Source: Leptospirales bacterium (lineage in GTDB: Bacteria > Spirochaetota > Leptospiria > Turneriellales > JAOUFE01). From it: a stretch of 19,028 nt of DNA. Location: NCBI GenBank assembly GCA_040326155.1, contig JBEQLE010000076.1, positions 1 to 19,028 on the forward strand, in the 5' to 3' direction. The translations under genes and the position numbers were made by a program. Numbering within the stretch: the first letter of the stretch is position 1; the number at the start of each line of letters is the position of its first letter. The notes under the pieces were generated by a model. That model was not told the origin of the DNA. It did not search any database and saw only the letters and a list, made by a program, of their open reading frames with translations. Below, piece by piece: positions 8,230 through 16,400 of the stretch.

Positions 8230-8709
8230 CTATTCCAAATCACTTTTTCCTATGCCCATTTCAAGTATAATGATTTTTAGATCTTTTAGCCTGGCATTTT
8301 TATAGATTCCCACAATTTCCCCATGAGCATTTGCAATTATTATTAACGAATTGCTCAACCGGTATGGGCTGGAAGAAGACAACTTCACACCAAATACTTT
8401 TGCAAATTTGCCATCAGATCCGGCAATAACTACACCACCTCTGTCTATTACATAATCAACATCACCGACCTCTCCGTTCAATGCAATTAGTGGTAAGTCT
8501 TCATCGATTATATATACATAAAACTTCCCCGGAGGTGTAGTTGGACCGACTTCATACCCACTAAACGTGATGCCTGCAAATTGCGGAGCGGGTGACCCTA
8601 GTTTTAAGGGACCCAGCTTAGATACACTTTTATAACCATTAGTAATATCTGAACACGACAACAATAGAGACAAAAGCATCCATACAGAGAGATATTCTAT
8701 TTTATACAT
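8230..8709 (-). CDS. Lipoprotein with degenerate peroxiredoxin/thioredoxin-like fold, candidate immunity protein
   Basis: Signal peptide with lipobox-like LLLS-C. LKLGSPAPQF, DGKFAKVFGV and IIIANAHGEIVGIY echo AhpC/TSA elements, but the only Cys is the lipidation site. Directly downstream of the 8776 effector. Confidence 0.75.
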   Translation of the reverse strand: MYKIEYLSVWMLLSLLLSCSDITNGYKSVSKLGPLKLGSPAPQFAGITFSGYEVGPTTPPGKFYVYIIDEDLPLIALNGEVGDVDYVIDRGGVVIAGSDGKFAKVFGVKLSSSSPYRLSNSLIIIANAHGEIVGIYKNARLKDLKIIILEMGIGKSDLE

Positions 8710-8775
8710 AATATTTTCATTTTCGCCGTGCGATCTCGCATTCGCAGTGGAAGTTACATTTAAAAAATTCGGTCT

Positions 8776-10686
8776 TTATTTTTTATCGCCAACGTTATAT
8801 TTTACCGTAATCTCCCCTACACTCATACTGTTCTTACGCGCCTCTATTAGGTAATGATAAACCATCGGCCATTTTGTCGTCTCATCCACAGTAACACAGC
8901 CGAGACTAACTAACCCTGGGTGAATGTACCGGTCGCCACTATGACCGATTCTAAACCATGTTGTTCCAAAGGGGCCATATTTTCTACCATAATAGTGTTG
9001 AAAATCGGGGATTTCAATATTATGCTTACCGGGTGGAACACGGTTCGATTTTTGAGTAAAAGCCTTGACTTTGCCCGAGCTACCTAAATGCAAATGACCC
9101 AACAACCTTGTCGAGGTTTCTTTTGTCGCCTCAAAAGTCAATGAAGCTATTCCTTTTGGCGAGCGATTTTTACCTATCCTTTCTTGTTTGACAAATGCGT
9201 CTTTGCCTTTAAAGCGTCCTTCCAAAACTATAACATTCAGCTCTTTCCCTTTTTTTGCTTCTTGACGGACCCGCATAAAATGGGGAGCTTCGTAAGGTTC
9301 CCATTTTGGATTAACAAAATAGGTAGGAGAAACATCTTGCCAACCGGGGTGAAAAGGAATATGTAACCGGTTTATTTTGCCGGATTTAAAGGTCGGCATA
9401 TTCATTAAATATTTACTATTAACCCACCCGATATAAAATTTATTTTTAGTGTTTGAGTATATTTCGTAATAACTTTCTTGACTTTTTGTATACCGAATAT
9501 TAACTCCTTTAAAAAAAACATTCGTGTCTTTTTTAAACTTATAACCCACGTATTTCTTCCAGAATTTTGTTCCTAGCTTAACCCGAAAAGTATTGGCTAT
9601 AGATGGTGTATAAAACCTTTCTTTAGCTTCACCTTTCTTTTGTAAATGAACAGCTTTTTTTGCGGACTTCAACATTGGTCCATTTTGTCGCCTACCCTGC
9701 TGCACAGTATGCGTCAGTTCATGAGCCATCAGCTTCTTACCCTGAATCGTATTCGGTGAATACTCGCCGCTGCCGAAAAATATATCATTTCCGACGGTAA
9801 AAGCGCGGGCGTTTACACTTCTAGAAAGATGGTTGGCCTGCCCCCCGGTGTGTATTTTCACACCGGCAAAGTTGGTTCCAAAACGGGGTTCGTAGTAAGA
9901 TCGTTCGCCCGGCGAAAGTGATCTACCGCCACCTCGGGAGGATTGAATCGATGATTCTATGTTTGGCGATGCCGGTGTAGACCCATTACCCTTTTTTTGT
10001 GTAAAATATTTCTGCTGTAAAGAATATTGCCGGTTCATCGGATTCACCCGAACCGGTAAACATTTCCGTTGCATCATCTGCAAAGGCGAATTACTCCGAC
10101 ATTTCGAACAGAGACTAGCTGGATTTACCAAACGCCGTTGAATTTTTGCCTGCGCTTCTTCTTTTTCGCAGGTGGCACATTTTGATTGTAAAAACTTGCC
10201 CCGAGCTTCTTCCTCTTCGGGTTTGGCTTCGCGTTGCAAGAACTTACCCTGTGCTTCTTCCTCTTCGGGCGCAGGTGCTTTTTGAACGTCCTCTTCTTCA
10301 GGTTGTGCGGAACGTTGCAATGGCGTTATGGAATCTGCCAGCGGAGTTCGCGAAATTTGTTGGGTTTCGCCAGATGGGGAATTGCCGACCACACCAGAAC
10401 CGACTTGTGGTTCGTTCATGGAGACGACTTTATCGGCCACGGCGTCGGCTTCTTGTTCGTATTTATCGTTTGCCGGGCCGATGTTGAGTTTTCGTTGCAG
10501 CCAGCCCGATTTCCAAAGGTGTTCGACGGCACGGTTGCCGATGGTTCGTTGCAAGTGCATAATATAATCACGACGATTATGAATACTTTGGGGAGACTGG
10601 GTACGAACAGGCGAAGTGTTGGTCGATGTCTTAGATGATGAGTTTTTCTCGCCGGCCTGTTTTTGTGCGCGGGCAGAAAGTGACAT
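8776..10686 (-). CDS. DUF4157 polymorphic effector with SH3b-like region and C-terminal L,D-transpeptidase-like (Tlde1/DUF2778-like) domain, 636 aa
   Basis: Start moved to ATG 10686 by alignment with the paralogue and promoter geometry. HELTH at 9709-9723. SH3b-like YYEIY...IGWVNSKYL. C-terminal VPPGKHNI...WFRIG...RYIHPGLVSLGCVTV (His...S-x-G-C, 8896-8922). Confidence 0.85.
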   Translation of the reverse strand: MSLSARAQKQAGEKNSSSKTSTNTSPVRTQSPQSIHNRRDYIMHLQRTIGNRAVEHLWKSGWLQRKLNIGPANDKYEQEADAVADKVVSMNEPQVGSGVVGNSPSGETQQISRTPLADSITPLQRSAQPEEEDVQKAPAPEEEEAQGKFLQREAKPEEEEARGKFLQSKCATCEKEEAQAKIQRRLVNPASLCSKCRSNSPLQMMQRKCLPVRVNPMNRQYSLQQKYFTQKKGNGSTPASPNIESSIQSSRGGGRSLSPGERSYYEPRFGTNFAGVKIHTGGQANHLSRSVNARAFTVGNDIFFGSGEYSPNTIQGKKLMAHELTHTVQQGRRQNGPMLKSAKKAVHLQKKGEAKERFYTPSIANTFRVKLGTKFWKKYVGYKFKKDTNVFFKGVNIRYTKSQESYYEIYSNTKNKFYIGWVNSKYLMNMPTFKSGKINRLHIPFHPGWQDVSPTYFVNPKWEPYEAPHFMRVRQEAKKGKELNVIVLEGRFKGKDAFVKQERIGKNRSPKGIASLTFEATKETSTRLLGHLHLGSSGKVKAFTQKSNRVPPGKHNIEIPDFQHYYGRKYGPFGTTWFRIGHSGDRYIHPGLVSLGCVTVDETTKWPMVYHYLIEARKNSMSVGEITVKYNVGDKK

Positions 10687-10694
10687 ATAATTAT

Positions 10695-10722
10695 ATTTTA
10701 CTAATACGCACTGATATGGCAA
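10695..10722 (-). promoter_or_regulatory. Putative promoter giving a leaderless or near-leaderless transcript
   Basis: TTGCCA-N16-TAAAAT-N8-ATG(10686), no SD. Confidence 0.6.
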
Positions 10723-10781
10723 GTATTTTTTTGTTTTATAAAATTAATTTCCCATTGGCAAGAATCTGCCTCAGATAAAAC

Positions 10782-10864
10782 AAAGGGGGTGGCGGAGAAC
10801 CAACGGGTCGGAGCCAGGGGGAGCAGCTATTTACACAAGGTCGTTAAAACAAATTTCCCCCTCC
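10782..10864 (+). repeat. Copy E of the G-rich repeat
   Basis: AAAGGGGGTGGCGGAGAAC...GGTCGGAGCCAGGGGGA...AATTTCCCCCT aligns block by block with copy B. Confidence 0.7.
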
Positions 10865-10925
10865 AACACCGCCGTAGACTTGGATTTTATTCGGGCACTC
10901 GGGTTATTATTAGAAGAATATTTTT

Positions 10926-11354
10926 TTAAAATGGGTTGACCACTTTCAGGTCTTTAAATCTGCTAAAGTCGCGATCGAGGCTGTAAAGACGAGAAACATT
11001 ATTCTCCACGGCGATCGCCGCAATTCTGGCGTCGTGAATTTTTGGTCCGCTTACCTTTGAGCTCTTAATAATCTTTTGAAAAATTTCAAGAAAGCGTTTG
11101 CCTTCGGCGAGAAAATACAAGTTTGGAGATTCGGAAAGAAAAGCAATTTCTTTCATGGCTTCGCCTGGGGGCGTGGGGGGTTTGAAAATACGAGGGTGGG
11201 TAACAACCGCGAGAAACTCCGAAACGCAGGGGTATGGAATGGCCCATGGATCGCCGGATTCATGCAGACCCAGAATCAGCTTGCGCGCCTCGTTGTGCCA
11301 TTTGTTGTCGACACGGTGATAATAGACAAGGATGTTCGTATCAATCGCAATCAT
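10926..11354 (-). CDS. vapC: VapC PIN-domain toxin
   Basis: IAIDTNILVY, VSEFLAVVTHPRIF, IHDARIAAIA, LYSLDRDFSRF and VVNPF, with the conserved acidic residues present. Confidence 0.93.
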   Translation of the reverse strand: MIAIDTNILVYYHRVDNKWHNEARKLILGLHESGDPWAIPYPCVSEFLAVVTHPRIFKPPTPPGEAMKEIAFLSESPNLYFLAEGKRFLEIFQKIIKSSKVSGPKIHDARIAAIAVENNVSRLYSLDRDFSRFKDLKVVNPF

Positions 11355-11391
11355 CAATTTTGTCCGTCGTCGTTACCGCAAATAAGCGGGT

Positions 11392-11640
11392 TTAAACATC
11401 GCCGCGTCCTTCGTAAATTTCGCTGCGTATTTTATCCCAATTGCCTTCGTAAGCTGGGTCGGCGAAACCTTTGCCTTTGAAATGATTCTCTTTGAGTTTA
11501 GCGGGAGCCTTGCCCCGTTTTCGAGCCACGTATTCTTGCAACGCCCGTTCGAAAACTTTTGTTAAAGAAGAGCCCTCATCATGGGCTAGACCTTTTGCGG
11601 CTTCTAAAAGAGGGTCGGGCAAAAGCATGGTTGTCTTCAT
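11392..11640 (-). CDS. vapB: VapB-type ribbon-helix-helix antitoxin (82 aa)
   Basis: Start at ATG 11640. MKTTMLLPDPLLEAAKGLAHDEGSSLTKVFERALQEY is RHH-like and the protein ends WDKIRSEIYEGRG. Upstream of vapC. Confidence 0.85.
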   Translation of the reverse strand: MKTTMLLPDPLLEAAKGLAHDEGSSLTKVFERALQEYVARKRGKAPAKLKENHFKGKGFADPAYEGNWDKIRSEIYEGRGDV

Positions 11641-11646
11641 GGTGAT

Positions 11647-11675
11647 AATATAGTATAATGTCGTAGATATGGCAA
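11647..11675 (-). promoter_or_regulatory. Putative leaderless promoter of vapBC
   Basis: TTGCCA-N17-TATATT-N6-ATG(11640), no SD. Confidence 0.6.
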
Positions 11676-11723
11676 ATTTAATGCAGTGAGTATGGTAGGA
11701 ATGCAAGAGTGGTCAGAAGGAGG

Positions 11724-12275
11724 TTTGGTGATGGCTTGCACAATAATCGTGTTGCGCAGCCATGTGATGAGCGAGCCAAAGAGCATCTCTTTGATATTAC
11801 TCAGAGAGTCTTTGACCTTCTCCCAGAGTGCAAGCGGGCCGCGCTTGGCGAAATCGAGCATGAAGTCAAAACCCGTCTCAAAAGCACCTACGATAGTAGC
11901 GCCAGCCGAGCCGATTTTTTTCACCAACTTTTCGCGAATGGCGCCGTAGGTCAGATGAAACAGCTGGGCGAGAAAAGAGAATATCCCTGGCAGGTTAAAG
12001 CTCGTGGGCAAATGAATGCCCTCTTTTCCAAAGCCCCCGAACAACCAACCCGCGAGCCCCGAAGTAAGGTGTTTTACAACGTTGGTTTTAAACCGGTTAA
12101 TCCCCTGTCGAACGGCTCCGACAAGATTGCCTAAAAAGGCGATGGGGTCTTCGATGATCTTGTCGGCCTCTTTGTTACCTTTGGCGCTCTCTTGAGAAAT
12201 TTTGGCTTTTTGGTCTATCGTGGCTTTGGAAGATTTGGCATCAAAGTCTTTTTCGACTTTGCCTACTTCGTCTTT
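11724..12275 (-). pseudogene. Startless, internally deleted relic of a paralogue of the large DUF4157 toxin
   Basis: 12162-12275 matches about 15815-15928, and about 11724-12164 matches about 14738-15178. The two pieces are fused in frame (…KGNKEAD|KIIEDPIAFLG…), omitting 639 nt relative to the intact gene. Confidence 0.9.
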
Positions 12276-12355
12276 TTAGTGGGGGGAAAGTTTTCCCCCT
12301 CGCTTTGGCTTTTTTGTAAGTGTCACAACTTACAAAAAGAGCCGCCGCTACCCCC
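12276..12355 (-). repeat. Copy F of the G-rich repeat with a long AT-rich hairpin
   Basis: Minus strand reads GGGGGTAGCG-hairpin-AAAGCGAGGGGGAAAACTTTCCCCCCAC. Hairpin 12307-12343 has core TTTTTGTAAG/CTTACAAAAA. Confidence 0.75.
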
Positions 12356-12433
12356 AACGTATTTTTCGGAAGCGCGGATATTCGTTTGAGTATAAAAGTG
12401 GCGGTCAGTACGGACCACTTCCGGAACTTAGTA

Positions 12434-13393
12434 TTACACCATACTGCGCACAATAATTTGCCAATCTTCTCCAGCAGAAATCAGGTTATTACCATCTGGG
12501 GTAAAACAGATGTTATAGGTTCTGGCATCATGGAGTTTATCACTAAACAATCGCTCACCATTTCCAATATCGAAAAGCACTATTCTACCGGTGTTGTAAC
12601 CGAAAGCCAAATACTTATTATTTGGTGATATCGCTGAACAACTTACTTTCAAAACATGTTCATCGAAATCATCTTCAAGGTACCGCTCACCACTTTTTAC
12701 ATCCCATACAAATACCCCTTTTTGCCAAAAATCAATAGCGATCACCAATCGACTATGATTATCAAACAAAATTTGGCCTGGAAAGCTAAACGATGCATTC
12801 AGCTCTTGAATCAGTTTATAATTTTCAGTATCGTAAATGAATATAGCCCCTTCTTTCATACCTCCCAAAGCGAGATATTTTCCATCAGGTGAAAAACATG
12901 GGGCTATAAATGCATCACTGTATATGGGTATTAGTTTCTCTTGTATTTTTACATTTTCTACCATTTTTGGTGGTTCTAAGCTCCAGAATTCCAAGCCGTT
13001 TTCCGCTGCCGGTATTATTAGTAGTTCATTTGCAAGGTTGAAGTTGTGTCCTAATAATTCTTCAATGTATTGTGCTTTTTTTATTATAAATTTCTCTCTT
13101 TTGTCTAAAAGGTATAAAATCAGTAAAAAATCTTCTCCATATTGCAATACGTATATGAGATTATTTCCATTTTTGTTAAAGATAACCTTGTATACCGAGT
13201 TTTCCGAATCTTGAGATTCCTCAATTGAAAAGTCGAGAGTTCCACTCTCTAAATTCCACAATGATAGAGTGGGACTACCATCGTTACCAAATATTTGGCC
13301 AATTGCTAGTAACCTGCTATCTGGACTACAGTCAACAGAAAGTACTGGGCTTTCTCCAGGGCAAAATTTTTGTATCATCTCACCAAAACTCAT
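12434..13393 (-). CDS. WD40-repeat (beta-propeller) protein, candidate immunity protein for the HNH nuclease effector
   Basis: Repeats VLSVDCSPDSRLLAIG, FSPDGKYLALGG, ISPNNKYLAFG, FTPDGNNLISAGED. No signal peptide. Strong SD GGAGG lies within the 12-nt gap after the toxin stop. Confidence 0.88.
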   Translation of the reverse strand: MSFGEMIQKFCPGESPVLSVDCSPDSRLLAIGQIFGNDGSPTLSLWNLESGTLDFSIEESQDSENSVYKVIFNKNGNNLIYVLQYGEDFLLILYLLDKREKFIIKKAQYIEELLGHNFNLANELLIIPAAENGLEFWSLEPPKMVENVKIQEKLIPIYSDAFIAPCFSPDGKYLALGGMKEGAIFIYDTENYKLIQELNASFSFPGQILFDNHSRLVIAIDFWQKGVFVWDVKSGERYLEDDFDEHVLKVSCSAISPNNKYLAFGYNTGRIVLFDIGNGERLFSDKLHDARTYNICFTPDGNNLISAGEDWQIIVRSMV

Positions 13394-13405
13394 ACTCTAC
13401 CTCCA

Positions 13406-16400
13406 TCATCGTTTAATTGGCTTCCCATCAAGGGTCTCTCGGAAAAATTCCTTTCCTATCTTAAGTGAACTGAACGGAGATTTATTCACCATACTTGAAA
13501 ACTTTTTTCCAACCCAAAACCTATCTTTATAGTAGTGTTTATAACCGTCCTCATCCTGACTACCCTTTGATTTATTGTGTTGTTCATGGATTACCTCAAA
13601 GTTGCTTGCTGAACTTGCATGTTTTTGCCTCTCTTCATCTGATGTATTCCAACCAATAGTAATCCAGTGTTTTGCTAAAGGAACTACATGATCCACATTA
13701 AGCTTTCTCTTTTTTATATTTCTCCTCACATATGCATCTCGTTGAACATTATCAGGAACCAATTCCGCATCCAACAAACGCATCCATATTTTTTCCTTTT
13801 TATTCTCATTGGTCTCTTTCCTTAGTTTTTTGAATTCTTCATTGATATCATCGGCTTTATCTTGTCGCATTTTTTCACTCAGAGTGGAATAACCACTACC
13901 TTCCATATAGAGTTTTTTCCTGACCTTCATCTTAAATTTTGGTGGTAAAAACCTCTTTTCAGGTATCTTTTTTTCTTGTAGCAAAATCGATATATGATTT
14001 GTCATTTTTTTCATTAATGCAACCATATTAAGTTGTTTCTTATCTGCTTCTGCTTTTATACCAGCATCCTTTTTAGGGTCTTTATATTTGCGATGCAACG
14101 ATGCCACTTCTTTCTTTTTCATATCGATTTGTTTGCCAAGATTGAGTGCTTTTTCCTTGGCCGCTTGTTGTTCGTCGGTTGTGGGTCTGAGTGTTTTAAT
14201 AAATGATTCATAACGCATTCCCTTACTAGCTATCATCAAGACAGCACTCTCATTGTTCCCACTAAAAAATAATGTATGCTGCTCCCCCTTGGCCTTAATT
14301 GGTAACTTAACCTTCCACCACTGCTTCAGTTTTCCAAGCAGATCTTTCCCTTTCCCCAACAGCTTCCCACCAATCTTCTTCAACCCCTTCCAGGCTTTCT
14401 TCGCCATCTTAGCTAGCCAGCCAACAACTTTCTTCACAGCTTTAGAGATGGGCTTTCTTATCTTGTCAATGACCCCTTTGACCTGCTTCACGACGCCACT
14501 GATGTTCAACAAGCGCGCTAAAAAAGCGATCATAATGGGTATCGCTTTACCGATAGACTTCTCAATAAAACCGGCAGCGGTTCCGACGGCTCCTTTAGCT
14601 ATGTTAGAAAAAGATTGGAACACCGCCTGCCCGAAAGATTTAATCTGGTCCCAGCGCTCTTTAAAGAACATGGCAACGTTGTAAATGGCCTGCACTGCCT
14701 GGACAATCGCCCCGGCGGGGTTAAAAAAGGATACCAGTTTAGTAACGGCTTGTACAATAATCGTGTTGCGTAGCCAGGTGATGAGCGAGCCAAAGAGCAT
14801 CTCTTTGATATTGGTCAAAGACTTTTCTACCTTTTCCCACAGGGCAAGTGGCCCGCGTTTGGCAAAGTCGACCATAAAAGCAAAGCCGCCCTCGAAAGCT
14901 TTTACAATGGTTGCGCCGGCCGAGCCGATTTTTTTTATCAGCTTGTTGCGAATGGCGTCGTATGTCAGGTGAAAAAGCTGGGCTAGAAAAGAGAAAATAC
15001 CAGGCAGGTTAAAGCTGGTCGGCAACTGAATGCCTTCCTTACCAAAGGCTCCGAACAACCAACTCGCGAGCCCCGCGGTAAGGTGCTTTACGATGTTCGA
15101 GACAAACTGATTTAACCCTTTTTTGACAGCCCCCACTAAATTGCCTAAAAAGCCAATGGGGTCGTCAACGATTCTATCCACGTCTTTTTGCGAGATGCCC
15201 ATCAGCTTCATCAGAGCCCCAAGCGTGGCGCCCAAAAGTTTCAAGGCAGATTTTACAATGTATTTGCCGAGTTGTTTAAATTCCCCTTTGACGATCAAAC
15301 TCATGGCGGTAAGGGCAAAGTTATACGCCGCCTGCACCGCGCTGAGTAGTCCGTTGATGACGCTGGCCAAAACGTCTAAAAGTTTGGCCACCCCTTTCTT
15401 GAGAGCTGCCGCGGCGTCGTTTACCGCCTTGACGGCCTTGTTGACAGTGGCGTCAATTTTAGCGTTGATTTTTTTGGCGATTTCTGGAAATGCGGCAAAG
15501 ACGACACTGATGAGCCCTTTGAGCAGTGTACCCAACCCTTTGATTAAACCCGTGACCGCTTTTCTGGCCAGATCAATGGCGGCCATGGCAAGTTTCTTGG
15601 CTGCATCGAAGATGAATGATACTGCTTTTTTCAGGCCATCGAAGATGGCGTTGACTGCATTTTTAATGCCGTCGACGAAGGCTGAGAGTTTCGAGCCGAC
15701 CCAGCTGAAAAACCCTGTGGACTCTTTTTTACCTTTGCTTTTCTCTTTTTCGGCGTCCTTACTGGCATCACGTTTTTTCTGGGCGGCGTCGTTCTCGGCT
15801 TTTTTAAAATGCTGGTCGGCCTCTTTGTTACCTTTGGCACTCTCTTGAGAAATCTTGGCCTTTTGGTCTATCGTGGCTTTGGAAGATTTGGTTTCAAAGT
15901 CTTTTTCGACTTTGCCTACTTCGTCTTTCCATTCCTGGCGGTGGCCGTCGACCTGGGCCTTAACGTTTTGCTGCTCTTTTCTTTGCGTGGCTTTGGTCTC
16001 TTCGTTCAAGGCCTCGGCTTGGGCATCGGTATCTGTTTCGGCTTGTACCTTACCGGCTTCGTAGGTTTGTCGCTCTTTTGAGTATTGACTCTCTTCTTTT
16101 AGTAAAGCGGGTCTGAGGGTTGCGCCCATGGTTACGTCGATATCGCCTTTTACCTCGGGCGGTACCAATTGGGGGGCTTCAAGTGGCTGAGACGAAACCG
16201 CCGTTTTGCCCATTTTTTTCTTGGCTTGAATGATGGTATTATCGGGAACCGGGGCAACCGAGTTTTCGCCAAAGTCCTGGTTTGCCTGAGCGTGGGATTC
16301 TTGCTTTGCTGCGGCTACATTTTGTTTGGATTCCGATTGAAAGGCTTCAGCCTGGTTGGGGTCGGCTTCGCCACTTAAATTGACTCCCGGCCGCGCTCCG

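Noticed and set aside
10687..10722. TTG start at 10722 given by the ORF track
   Set aside because: That TTG is the putative -35 box. Paralogue alignment supports ATG 10686.
11641..11706. N-terminal extension of VapB in the ORF track
   Set aside because: The extension covers the promoter; the RHH domain begins at MKTT (11640).
11637..12044. 135-aa ORF as an intact gene
   Set aside because: It is part of the startless toxin relic reading through into the vapBC promoter.
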